A stretch of 64,000 bases of DNA from Opitutales bacterium (lineage in GTDB: Bacteria > Verrucomicrobiota > Verrucomicrobiia > Opitutales > T3Sed10-336): assembly GCA_022565335.1 (NCBI GenBank), contig JAIUMY010000003.1, positions 1,861 through 65,860 on the forward strand, read 5' to 3'. Of the stretch, positions 55,277 to 64,000 are shown one piece after another. The translations under genes were made by a program, and so were the position numbers. Within the stretch, counting starts at the first letter, position 1. The number at the start of each line of letters is the position of its first letter. The notes under the pieces were generated by a model. It was not told the DNA's origin and did not search any database. It saw nothing but the letters and a program-made list of their open reading frames with translations.

Positions 55277-56407
55277 TTATGCGGAAAGGCCCGCAAGAAA
55301 AGACCATTTAACGGGAACCCTGATTTTCTTTCCGGCGGCGTTCATGATCAAAATCGCCTCTTCCCCCCGAAGCGGACGAAGATCCGTTACCATGCCAAAG
55401 TTTTTCGGCACGGGATGAACCCCCTGAACAATTCGCAGCGAAACGGTCTCGTCAGCCTTGAAAGTTCTGGTGCAGGGGACGCCGTATTTTTTCCGCAGGG
55501 GCTCGGTCCGTGAGGTGTCCAAGCCATCACTGAAAAACGAGCAAACTTCTTCCAATCCCAAACGGCGACGGTGCAGACCGTTCCATGGAGGGCTATGGCG
55601 ACCACCGTTGGAAAACCACATCATGGTACTGGGGAAATCCCTGGTATCCTTGAGGGAGAACCAAACATAGCCGTCAAGGGTTGCCGCCGTCCAGGCAAAG
55701 CCGGTAGGTTTGGCGCTCACCATTACCAAATCCTCAAACCCCTCCCGGGCAGGATACTCCCGCAGGTCCACCTTCCCCTCGCGTATGGTGGGCACCCTGC
55801 GCAGATGCTGGAAAGTCGCCCCGCTGGGCAAAGCCCCATACTCCCCCCCGGGAGGATTATCGTAGGGAGGAGGCTTGATTCCTCCGAAACGAATCGGGCT
55901 GGTATTAAAGTAGTAAGGTCCGCCCTCCTCCGGAAATTCCAGAATCGCGTGATGGCCGTAATTGAAGGCTCCTTCAAGGCCGCTGATTTGGTGTTCCTGA
56001 TAAACCGCGCGGCTTTCGCCGTCGAGGGAGACGATTTTGCGTATTTTCCCCGGAAACTGGCGAAGGCGCAGATCGGCCGTCAAAGAGGTGTGATTTTCTT
56101 TCACCAAGCGCCAGGAAAGATTTGCCGGATCTCCGTGGACCCCGGGAACGGATTCCGAAACGCCAAAAGGGAGACAGAAGAAGTCACCGCGCAGAACTTC
56201 CAGAATCGGCGGAGTGCCCTTTTCGCAGTCCTTTGGCTTCCAGGGGGCTTTGGAGTATGGCTCGACCACCCGATTTCGCGGAAGAGAAAAGGCCACCGGA
56301 CCAAGATGACCTCCACGCTTGGTTAAACTCAGGGAAACAGGACCAGAGGTCAGGGACCAAGCCGGTTCTCCGTGGATTTCTTTAGGGGTTTGTAGTTTCA
56401 TAAACAA
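55277..56407 (-). CDS. Conserved hypothetical protein (possibly mutarotase-like beta-sandwich; uncertain)
   Basis: This 376-aa ORF is the first gene of the minus-strand operon with the kinase and glcDF. It has no signal peptide. Only a weak resemblance (FNYGHHAILEF, WFSNGGR) to aldose-epimerase-like proteins is visible. Confidence 0.3.
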   Translation of the reverse strand: MFMKLQTPKEIHGEPAWSLTSGPVSLSLTKRGGHLGPVAFSLPRNRVVEPYSKAPWKPKDCEKGTPPILEVLRGDFFCLPFGVSESVPGVHGDPANLSWRLVKENHTSLTADLRLRQFPGKIRKIVSLDGESRAVYQEHQISGLEGAFNYGHHAILEFPEEGGPYYFNTSPIRFGGIKPPPYDNPPGGEYGALPSGATFQHLRRVPTIREGKVDLREYPAREGFEDLVMVSAKPTGFAWTAATLDGYVWFSLKDTRDFPSTMMWFSNGGRHSPPWNGLHRRRLGLEEVCSFFSDGLDTSRTEPLRKKYGVPCTRTFKADETVSLRIVQGVHPVPKNFGMVTDLRPLRGEEAILIMNAAGKKIRVPVKWSFLAGLSA

Positions 56408-56512
56408 TCTATCTCAAAGAATAACCAATTTCCGCGCAACAGCGAAAAGCGAATTCTGTTAGGATGTCCGCTTTTCTTTGCTTTCCGGCATTTTTTTTTC
56501 TAACCTGACTTT

Positions 56513-57019
56513 ATGAAAAGACCTGAACTCACCCTTCTCCTGGTCGACGACGAAGCCGACGTACTGGATTCACTCGCCCGCGATCTGTCTTCCTTTGAGG
56601 ACCATTTTGTGTTGGAAACCGCCAGCGATGCAAACGAAGCCAAGAAGGTTCTCGAAACGATCAAGTCCAAAGGCCAATCCCTGGCCCTGATTTTCTGTGA
56701 CCATGTAATGCCCGGCCAAAGTGGGGTTGATTTCCTGATCGAGCTCGCCAAGGACAAAGAACTCAACCGCGCGAAAAAGGTTCTTTTCACCGGTCAGGCC
56801 GGACAGGAAGATACCATTGAAGCCTTGAATCGCGCCCACCTCGACCATTACGTGGCCAAGCCCTGGGACCGTGAGAAACTCCTTGAAACAACGCGCAATT
56901 TGCTCACTGATTTTGTTCTCGAAAACAAAATCAATCCGATTCCTTACATGGCGATCCTTGACACGGAAAGACTGGCGACCGATGTCGCACGCCGGGATCT
57001 CTTTAATGATTCTATCTGA
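56513..57019 (+). CDS. Response regulator receiver-domain protein (no DNA-binding output)
   Basis: LLVDDEADVLDSL, the phospho-acceptor context LIFCDHVMPGQSG, and KVLFTGQA / VAKPWD are present. A TGATG overlap links it to the downstream kinase. Confidence 0.85.
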   Translation: MKRPELTLLLVDDEADVLDSLARDLSSFEDHFVLETASDANEAKKVLETIKSKGQSLALIFCDHVMPGQSGVDFLIELAKDKELNRAKKVLFTGQAGQEDTIEALNRAHLDHYVAKPWDREKLLETTRNLLTDFVLENKINPIPYMAILDTERLATDVARRDLFNDSI

Positions 57020-58524
57020 TGAACGGCGAAAGCCCGGAAACCACCCCCGTCTCCGAAGAGAATACTGATCGGCTGATTAAAGAAATTCGCGAGGCCTTTA
57101 CCTCCTCCGAGGAGAATCAGAAAAAAATCAAAAAATACGCCTCGGGCGATTGGCTGATCCGCGAAAGCGAAAGGCAGGAAAGGGTGTTCATTATTCTCGA
57201 AGGAGAAGTGGCTCTCTATAAAACCACGGATGATGGTCAACGCCTGCAGGTTGATAGCCTCTCTTCCGGCGATATGATGGGGTTGCTTTCCTATTTTGCC
57301 CGCAACCGGAATTTTGTTGGCGGCCGCTGTCAAAACGAAGTCACGGCAATCCGGCTAACCTGGGAAGAGTTCGACCACTACAACTACGCCGACCCCATAG
57401 GCGGTGCCCTTCTCATGTTGATTCGCGACAACATGGCGCAGCGCTACCGTCGAATGGTCGGGGTACAACTAAAAATGGCGACTTTGAACGCCACCCTGGC
57501 CAAGGAGCGTAACGAGTTACGCGACACCATTATCGAACTTGAGCAAACCCGGAACCGCTTGGTGAACCAGGAACGTTTGGCAATTCTGGGGCAACTCATC
57601 GCCGGACTGGCCCATGAGATCAACAACCCTGCCGCGGCGATGCTACGCTCCACCGATTATTTGCGCGAATCTTTGGAGCATTTGTTTGCCATGCTTAAGG
57701 ACAAGGACCTGACAATCATCAGGGAAACGGGCCCAGCCTTTTGGGAGGAAGGTCTTCGGGACGGGAATCACCCGGCCAGAGAACAACTCGACAAAAACCG
57801 TGAGCAATGGGAAAAGCTTTTTCCGGACCTGCCCCGTTCTCTCTACCGCCGCCTTTCCTTCCTTCCCGAAAGCACCCGTGATCATTTGCGGGAGAACAAA
57901 CTGATCCAGAAATCCTTCCGTAAGGCCAAAACGATGGCGGACAAAGCCGATTTTCTCGAGGAGGTCATACTCCCCTTTGAGACTGCTCACCATGTGCGCA
58001 CCGTAAGCATTGCCGGCGACCGGATACGCAAGCTTATCGCAGGACTGAAAAACTACAGCCGCCCTGGGCAGATGAAAAATGCTCCGGTCGATTTACGCCA
58101 GGGGATCGAAGATACGCTCCTGATTCTCAGCAATCGCCTGAAGGAAGTATTTGTCCACCTTGAGGCCCCGGAAAAGCTGGAAGTTCCCGGAAACGCTGGT
58201 GAACTGAACCAAGTTTGGACAAACATCATGGTAAACGCGTGCGATTCCATGGAGGATCATGGTCGCCTTGATATAAAGTTAGCCAAAACCGAGGATGATC
58301 AGGTCAAGGTTACGTTTGAGGACACCGGACCGGGGTTGCCGCAGGGGATTTTGGATAAACTTTTCAAACCCAATTTCACTACCAAAAACCAAAGTCGTTC
58401 TTTTGGCCTCGGGTTGGGATTAAGCATATCCAAGGACATTGTGGAAAAACACAATGGGCAAATCTATGCCGAAAACCGAACCTCCGGAGGGGCTAGGTTT
58501 GTTATCCTTTTGCCCTTGCGTTGA
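57019..58524 (+). CDS. Cyclic-nucleotide-binding-domain histidine kinase (soluble)
   Basis: The cNMP-binding-like beta-roll is GDWLIRESERQERVFIILEGEVALYKT..GDMMG. The HisKA H-box is LGQLIAGLAHEINNPAAAM. The HATPase G-boxes are EDTGPGLP and FGLGLGLSISKDIV. No TM helices are present. Confidence 0.8.
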   Translation: MNGESPETTPVSEENTDRLIKEIREAFTSSEENQKKIKKYASGDWLIRESERQERVFIILEGEVALYKTTDDGQRLQVDSLSSGDMMGLLSYFARNRNFVGGRCQNEVTAIRLTWEEFDHYNYADPIGGALLMLIRDNMAQRYRRMVGVQLKMATLNATLAKERNELRDTIIELEQTRNRLVNQERLAILGQLIAGLAHEINNPAAAMLRSTDYLRESLEHLFAMLKDKDLTIIRETGPAFWEEGLRDGNHPAREQLDKNREQWEKLFPDLPRSLYRRLSFLPESTRDHLRENKLIQKSFRKAKTMADKADFLEEVILPFETAHHVRTVSIAGDRIRKLIAGLKNYSRPGQMKNAPVDLRQGIEDTLLILSNRLKEVFVHLEAPEKLEVPGNAGELNQVWTNIMVNACDSMEDHGRLDIKLAKTEDDQVKVTFEDTGPGLPQGILDKLFKPNFTTKNQSRSFGLGLGLSISKDIVEKHNGQIYAENRTSGGARFVILLPLR

Positions 58525-58612
58525 AACTTCAAAATGCGCCCCTCTCTTGCCAGACAAGGCATCATTTGTTTAATTGCCAATTGTCATTCCAATAAGCCCA
58601 CAATTAAGTCCT

Positions 58613-59056
58613 ATGCGTGTATTTCCAACAACCCTCCTCATCCTCAGCTTATCCCTTACGAGCGCGATCCAGGCCAACCCGGCAGATGAATTGCCCGAAC
58701 CAACTGATATCTTTCTAACCCTGACCTCAGAGGACCCGGAAATCCAATTTATGGCTTTGGTTATTTCCATGGAAGCGGCCAAAGAAGGTGCCCAAGTGCG
58801 CATTCTCCTTTGCGGGGAAGCGGGAGACTTGGCCTTATCTGACGTAGAATCGCCGGCGATTCTACCACCAGAAATCAGCCCCGCTCAATTATTGGAGCGC
58901 CTCCTTGAGCACGGGGCATTGGTTCAGGTCTGTGCCATATATTTACCCCAAAGAGAACTTGACCCAAGTGAGCTGCGGGAGGGTATCACCACCGCAACCC
59001 CTCCGGAAATTGCGGCCATATGGCAGGACTCTTCCCAGCGCCTGCTGAGTTTCTAA
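58613..59056 (+). CDS. Small secreted protein, DsrE/DsrF-like fold suspected
   Basis: A signal peptide is present (MRVFPTTLLILSLSLTSAIQA). The size and the pattern VRILLCGEAGDLAL / LVQVCAIYL weakly resemble DsrE-like proteins. Confidence 0.35.
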   Translation: MRVFPTTLLILSLSLTSAIQANPADELPEPTDIFLTLTSEDPEIQFMALVISMEAAKEGAQVRILLCGEAGDLALSDVESPAILPPEISPAQLLERLLEHGALVQVCAIYLPQRELDPSELREGITTATPPEIAAIWQDSSQRLLSF

Positions 59057-59123
59057 CACGGACTTGAGTCAAGTTTTGTACCCCCCAACGGACGCGACGA
59101 TTTTGCCATCATCGCAGCGCCTG

Positions 59124-59705
59124 TTACTCAAAGATCCGCATCTGCGGCTCACTCAAAAGGTCATGAGCTTTGAAAAGACGAATAATCTCCATGGCAGGAT
59201 TTTCGTGAAACTTGTTTCCGCTTTCTATTTTGGCAACGAGATCAAGCATCACGCTCCGCAGGGAGAAAACCCCGCTGATTCCTTCGTCCGACAAAAGTTT
59301 CTCCATTCGCCCCTTTTGCGGTTCGCGCAAGGGGAAAGCGGGTATCAGAAGAAAAAAATGAGGATTAGGGATTTCGCTTTCGGCCTTCAGTTGGTCCCGC
59401 TCTTTTTGGAAATTTTTATTGATTCGGCCCTGGACAAATTTCAAAAGCTGATCGGGTTTACGGACTAAAGTGGAGGAAAACCCTTCCAACAGAGGAGGAT
59501 ACACCCATAGAACCCCCGTTGGCAGCACAGGGATTTGATTACTGAACAAATAGAATCCCGGCTGAGCAGATTCAACGGCCGCTCCCCAGTGCAAAAGGAC
59601 TCGTTCCTCCGGGGGAAGACGACGATTTCCGTCCAGCCAAACTCTTTTCTGAACCGGACGCAGTCCATACCCCTCCAGGTATTCCCGTAAAAGCGTAACA
59701 ATCAT
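59124..59705 (-). CDS. Hypothetical protein (193 aa)
   Basis: This is an uninterrupted ORF with reasonable amino-acid composition in its own intergenic context. I recognise no motif. Confidence 0.4.
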   Translation of the reverse strand: MIVTLLREYLEGYGLRPVQKRVWLDGNRRLPPEERVLLHWGAAVESAQPGFYLFSNQIPVLPTGVLWVYPPLLEGFSSTLVRKPDQLLKFVQGRINKNFQKERDQLKAESEIPNPHFFLLIPAFPLREPQKGRMEKLLSDEGISGVFSLRSVMLDLVAKIESGNKFHENPAMEIIRLFKAHDLLSEPQMRIFE

Positions 59706-59848
59706 TTATACCGATAAAAACCCATTCTGATACCGTTGTCAGCGGTAAACGATGAGACTTCGTCCTCCTTGCTTTGACGGGGGGAACAATTTCTTTGCTT
59801 GCCCACTCTCCTTAAGTTTTCAGACTGTTGATATCAAACCCCTTCAAA

Positions 59849-62812
59849 ATGCATAGACGAATCAAACCTTTTGCCGGAAAAGCCCGATGGGGACTTTCCC
59901 TCTTACCCTTGGCGGCTCTTAGCTTTTCTGCGTGTCTGGCGATGGACGAAGAAAAAAACAACGAAATCCCCCGTACGTGGTCTCTGCATGAAAGCCAACT
60001 CCCTTACGGGATTCCGGAGATCAAGAAATCAGAGATCCTTTTTTCTGCTCATCAAGTGGCCCCAACCGACCGGGAGAACATGTTGTTGTCGCTCCGCTTC
60101 ATACACCTGCGGGAGCATCCCTCCCTCAGCGGGCCAGGCGAAGTCACCCTCCAATTCCACAAAGAAGATGGAGCGTGGCAGGCTCAGGCCAACCACGCCA
60201 GTGCGGACTATAACCAACGCAGCGAAAACAGCGCCGAATTGCTCGAATGGACCTGGGACGATGAATCCCTGGCTTTTTCCGGTAAAGTGGCGATTACCAT
60301 CGGACCTGATTCGCCGCGTCCCAGAACGGTTGGAATTCCCAATCCCGCCGATGAGTATATTCTGGAAGTACAAGGCCAGGTAAACGAATCCGAGATCCTC
60401 CCCTACTTGCCTCTGCGGGAAGCCTCCATGGCCCCGTGGCGCGTGCAAACTCCTATCTTCAGTGGGTACCTGGTAGAAGGAACATACCAAGGCATTCTGA
60501 AAACTGAAGACCAGTCACTTGAAGGAGAGTTGGTGGGCGGATACAATTATCGCCCACAAACTGGTCGTATCGGTTTTGTCGGCCCCATGACCCTAAACGG
60601 TTCGCCTTCGGAAGAAGAAGGTCTCCCCTTGCTGGCTCGTTTACCGGAAGAGCGCGTAGCTTCTCACCATGCCGCCCAAGCGCGTTACCTCCTTGGCCCC
60701 GAGGACCCCCAAAACTGGGAAGATTGGAGTGGTCTCCGACTGACCGTATCAAGCCCCTCTAAGCTCGCCCATGCGGGGATTCTTTTAACCATTCAAGAAG
60801 ACGAAGGCACCTCATACAGCGTGAACCATGCCGCCCCCCTGGCGGGCGAAAAAGTAACAGTTACCATTCCCTTTAGCGACTTCCGGGGCGGTACCGGAGG
60901 AACATACTTTCTTGATTTGGATCGCGTTCGTCATCTCGATATCGGCATCAATAACCCCTTTGGCATCGGTGATATTCCCTTTGCTTTACATAAGGTGGAA
61001 CTGGTTGGCTGGGATCCAGCTTACCGCGACCTGACAAAGGATCCGGTCGACATTTCCCTCGACCCCAACCGTATTATCGGCCAGGAGGGTGCCTATGAAG
61101 TCCCTTCCGGGCTCTTTGGGTTTCACCAGGTTGGCGGCATCCGCGATCCCCGGGAGGGTGAGGTCACCGCCGAAGAACATCTCGCATCTTTGAATCCAGG
61201 TTTTCTCCGGCCGTTAACGCACACTGGTTTCAACGCCCGCCCAATCAGCGACGAGGAAGTCGCCGAACGGCTGGAGAAGAAAATTGAGGAAGAACCGGAT
61301 AGCGCAATCTATCGACTGGCCCGGGCCGGCAACGCCGTGGACCACATCATCTGGTGCCATACCCAGGATCTCTGGAACCGGCCTTCGTGGATGGATAACG
61401 ATCTGGAAGGATTTTTGGAGAACGTTTTCAATTTCTATCGCCGCCAAGCGGCCGGAGCCTGGACCCCCGGGGACGATTTCAACTTGCTCCGCCGCTTTGA
61501 GGTATGGAATGAACCTTTCATGTGGGGACGGCATTTCAACATGGGGCACCGTCAACCACCCAATCGCCGAACATGGGAGGACCCAACGCAGCATGGCTAT
61601 ATCCCGGCGGAAAAGGGAATGGCCATTTATTCCGATATCTTCCTCGCCGCTGCCCGGGGAGCCCGCTCCGCCAATCCTCACGTCCTTCTTGGAGGCCCCT
61701 CGGCCCCTTCCTTTAACAGCGATGCTTTCAGCGTCCTGGAGGACCATGTAATTCCCTTCCTCGATGCCGCTCACGAAGAGATCGATTTTTTAGCGGAGCA
61801 CCATTACGGCGGATACCGTCAAACTTTTGCCGCCAGCTTTGATGTGGCGACAGCTTATATGGATACGCGTTTTAACAAGCGAGTCCCTATTTACAACACC
61901 GAAGCCAACGACTTGGGAGGAAACAGTCTGGACAAAGCCCATTATAACATCGAAGACATTTTGGCCAGTATCATGGCCGCTCCCGACCGCAACCTGGGCC
62001 GGGCTTTACACGCCCTCTGGGATGGCTATTTGCGCAATCAGGGAGAGCGCGATGCCTATCGTATTCTCTCCACCTTACGGGGAAAAATCCTTGATCTCCG
62101 GACCTCCGACCCCCGCTTAATGGGGCTGGCGAGTTCCCCGCAGGACGACCAGATCGTGGTGTTTCTTTTCAACAATTCCCGCAAGGAACGGGAACTCAAT
62201 TTCCCCTTCCCTGCAGAATTTTCTCTGGATGAAGCCAAACGCCTTGTTGGCGGGGACAATCTCATCGCTGGCGAACGCGTGGGCGACATTGAAGGGATGG
62301 ACGTGCAGCGAGGTTCCGGCGATACCGTTTTAGAACGGTTGGACCCTGAGACTTTTTCCCCGGAAGGTCTAAACAATTACCCTCTCCCCTCGCGAGCGGC
62401 TTTACGGCTCACCCTGAGCAAAGAGGATTATCGACCCGAACAAAAGGAAAATTGGCAGCAGGTCTTTGCTGATGCGGTTCTTTCCTGGGTCGCTCCCGGA
62501 GAAAGTCTGGAAACCAATTTCAACTGGGACGGGCGCCTTCCTTCTCCCGAAAATATTCAGGAGGTTCGTTTGCGCTTGATCACCCATGATGTTCACCGGG
62601 GCGAAGGAACCATTGCCTTTGGCGAGCACGAACTACCCTTGCCCAGATCGTCTTCAAACTTTGATGACGCGGTCATCCAGGAAATCCCCCTTCCCGAAGA
62701 CCAGTGGTCCGATCTGGAATCAGCGGAATTCCGGTCGGTGGATTTCCCTGCCGGCAACGGCTTCCGGGTACTTTCAGCTTCCCTGCGGATTCTTCTCAAG
62801 GACGAAAATTGA
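59849..62812 (+). CDS. Secreted/lipoprotein glycoside hydrolase, clan GH-A (TIM-barrel) type with flanking beta-rich domains
   Basis: The N-terminal signal has a Cys (LAALSFSAC). FEVWNEPFMW is the typical acid/base NEP motif and PIYNTEAN a typical nucleophile Glu context for clan A hydrolases. I prefer the ATG at 59849. Confidence 0.55.
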   Translation: MHRRIKPFAGKARWGLSLLPLAALSFSACLAMDEEKNNEIPRTWSLHESQLPYGIPEIKKSEILFSAHQVAPTDRENMLLSLRFIHLREHPSLSGPGEVTLQFHKEDGAWQAQANHASADYNQRSENSAELLEWTWDDESLAFSGKVAITIGPDSPRPRTVGIPNPADEYILEVQGQVNESEILPYLPLREASMAPWRVQTPIFSGYLVEGTYQGILKTEDQSLEGELVGGYNYRPQTGRIGFVGPMTLNGSPSEEEGLPLLARLPEERVASHHAAQARYLLGPEDPQNWEDWSGLRLTVSSPSKLAHAGILLTIQEDEGTSYSVNHAAPLAGEKVTVTIPFSDFRGGTGGTYFLDLDRVRHLDIGINNPFGIGDIPFALHKVELVGWDPAYRDLTKDPVDISLDPNRIIGQEGAYEVPSGLFGFHQVGGIRDPREGEVTAEEHLASLNPGFLRPLTHTGFNARPISDEEVAERLEKKIEEEPDSAIYRLARAGNAVDHIIWCHTQDLWNRPSWMDNDLEGFLENVFNFYRRQAAGAWTPGDDFNLLRRFEVWNEPFMWGRHFNMGHRQPPNRRTWEDPTQHGYIPAEKGMAIYSDIFLAAARGARSANPHVLLGGPSAPSFNSDAFSVLEDHVIPFLDAAHEEIDFLAEHHYGGYRQTFAASFDVATAYMDTRFNKRVPIYNTEANDLGGNSLDKAHYNIEDILASIMAAPDRNLGRALHALWDGYLRNQGERDAYRILSTLRGKILDLRTSDPRLMGLASSPQDDQIVVFLFNNSRKERELNFPFPAEFSLDEAKRLVGGDNLIAGERVGDIEGMDVQRGSGDTVLERLDPETFSPEGLNNYPLPSRAALRLTLSKEDYRPEQKENWQQVFADAVLSWVAPGESLETNFNWDGRLPSPENIQEVRLRLITHDVHRGEGTIAFGEHELPLPRSSSNFDDAVIQEIPLPEDQWSDLESAEFRSVDFPAGNGFRVLSASLRILLKDEN

Positions 62813-62869
62813 TTTTGTCCAGAAATAGAGTCCAGTCTTGTCCCTGGGCGTAGATTGGCTTAGTTTACG

Positions 62870-63766
62870 TTGATGCTTTACGATCGGCCTTACATGCAAT
62901 CCGGATACCAACCACCCTCGGGGAAAAGTGGCTGGCAGGTCGATCGTGTGATCATCGGCGTAACTGTTGCCATTTTTATTATACAGGCGATTTCCGCAAT
63001 TTGGTTTGCGCCTGCAAGCCCCACCCAGAGGGGGTTCATGGAGCGTTATTTCGCCCTTTACCCGCAAGGCATTCAAGAAGGCTTGGTCTGGTCCTTTTTT
63101 ACCTACGGTTTCCTCCACAGCACGCAGAATCTTTTTCATATTCTGTTAAATATGCTGATCTTTTACTTCTTCGCGCAACCACTCTTGCAGCGAATGGGGG
63201 ATAAACTTTTTTTGATTCTCTACTTTGGGGGTATCCTGTTGGGAGGAATCGGCTGGATCCTTTTTAATTTTGATAGCACCCGTCCTCTGGTGGGAGCCTC
63301 GGCCGGAGTTTTTGGCCTGGTCATTTGTTTTATCTGCCTAAACCCGCGCCAGCCTCTTTATCTTTTTCCCTTCCCTTTTCCCATTAAGCCCGTTGTTCTG
63401 GCTTATATTCTCGTCGGTATCAATGGGTTTGGTTTTATCTTTTACGAATTGCCGGGGACCGGAAATGTGGCCTTTTCGGCCCACCTTGCCGGGGCGCTTT
63501 ACGGATACCTTTTCTATCGGGTGCTTTTTAAATCCGGTGGTCTGTTCCAGAAATCAGACCGTAATGTGGAAAAGCCTTCCTGGTGGAAGAAAAAGGATAA
63601 AGTCGAAAAAACCACCCGGAATTTCACCATCAATCTCAGTTCACGCAAAAAAACGCAGGAGGAAGTTGATCGCATTCTTGATAAAATCAACGAACACGGC
63701 TTCGGTTCCTTGACTGAAGATGAGAAGAAAACCCTCGATCGTGCCCGTGACCTCGGCAAAAAATAA
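62870..63766 (+). CDS. Rhomboid-family intramembrane serine protease with basic C-terminal tail
   Basis: TM helices are present, with HILLNMLIFYF, the catalytic Ser context LVGASAGVFGL and the His context FSAHLAGALYGYL. Confidence 0.8.
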   Translation: MMLYDRPYMQSGYQPPSGKSGWQVDRVIIGVTVAIFIIQAISAIWFAPASPTQRGFMERYFALYPQGIQEGLVWSFFTYGFLHSTQNLFHILLNMLIFYFFAQPLLQRMGDKLFLILYFGGILLGGIGWILFNFDSTRPLVGASAGVFGLVICFICLNPRQPLYLFPFPFPIKPVVLAYILVGINGFGFIFYELPGTGNVAFSAHLAGALYGYLFYRVLFKSGGLFQKSDRNVEKPSWWKKKDKVEKTTRNFTINLSSRKKTQEEVDRILDKINEHGFGSLTEDEKKTLDRARDLGKK

Positions 63767-64000
63767 CAAGAAGAGTCTCAACCTCACCCTCGGGCGGAAT
63801 GCGGAAAAGGCGTTGGCGGCCTTTCGGGGAATCCCCTTCCAATACGGCAATCAGGAAAACCGAAGGGTAAAAACCTTGGCCGACTTATTGCCAGGGATCA
63901 TTGACCGTCATTCGATCGACGGAACCAGCGTAGAACAAAAAATCATGGACCGATGGGAGGAAATCGTCGGTTCCCACTTCGCCCCTTTTAGTTATTTAAT
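63720..64000 (+). CDS. DUF721/DciA-like protein, 3' end outside window
   Basis: This frame is not in the ORF track because no stop falls within the window. It opens after a TGA at 63711, with an ATG at 63720. The translation ..KTLADLLPGIIDRHSIDGTSVEQKIMDRWEEIVGSHFAPFSYL matches the DUF721 pattern (..W..IVG..la..). It overlaps the rhomboid 3' end by 47 nt. Confidence 0.4.
   Translation, partial: MRRKPSIVPVTSAKNNKKSLNLTLGRNAEKALAAFRGIPFQYGNQENRRVKTLADLLPGIIDRHSIDGTSVEQKIMDRWEEIVGSHFAPFSYL

Noticed and set aside
57016-57031. A hammerhead-like core string, CUGAUGA...GAAA.
   Set aside because: It is simply the TGATG stop/start junction of the response-regulator and kinase genes. Only 5 nt separate the two boxes, so no stem II can form.

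Overview
This 64-kb window is chromosomal, with about 52 protein-coding genes on both strands. I can support no rRNA, tRNA or CRISPR array. Several traits suggest a Verrucomicrobiota/PVC-type polysaccharide-degrading bacterium: prepilin-type N-termini, heparinase-like and GH genes, frequent ATGA/TAATG coupled junctions, and a Pro-rich IF-2. The taxon is inference only.

Housekeeping blocks:
- ispH (5' end outside the window) and rsmD
- fabF-acyP
- tgt-lepB-asd
- degP
- a class I aminotransferase
- the nusA-infB-rbfA-nrnA-truB-ribF supraoperon
- glcD/glcF

Most interesting observations:
1. 14.66-27.5 kb holds a tightly packed six-gene membrane locus. Two MacB/LolD-type ATPases bracket a 969-aa and a 686-aa OPT-like polytopic membrane protein, which are paralogous. 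The locus also encodes a 1893-aa protein that fuses a signal peptide, a PA domain, two LysM domains and a degenerate M28-like module to an FtsX permease, plus a 195-aa minimal FtsX protein. I do not recognise this as a described system, and it is my best candidate for something new.
2. 13.65-14.66 kb, just upstream of that locus, is a 1-kb GC-rich non-coding region. It carries a 13-bp perfect hairpin, a tandem 10-mer and three diverged ~69-nt tandem units.
3. 36.17-36.66 kb is a 0.5-kb non-coding stretch that ends in a clean plus-strand intrinsic terminator.
4. The Tgt orthologue has lost the CxCxxC zinc motif.
5. A YkuD-like protein without a signal peptide is translationally coupled to a NusG paralogue, and its ATG overlaps the divergent asd ATG.
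6. An orphan pseudopilin operon includes a 1105-aa GspK/PilX-like protein.
7. A solo RAYT-type (IS200-like Y1) transposase gene is present.

All functional calls come from motifs read in the supplied translations. No database search was run.
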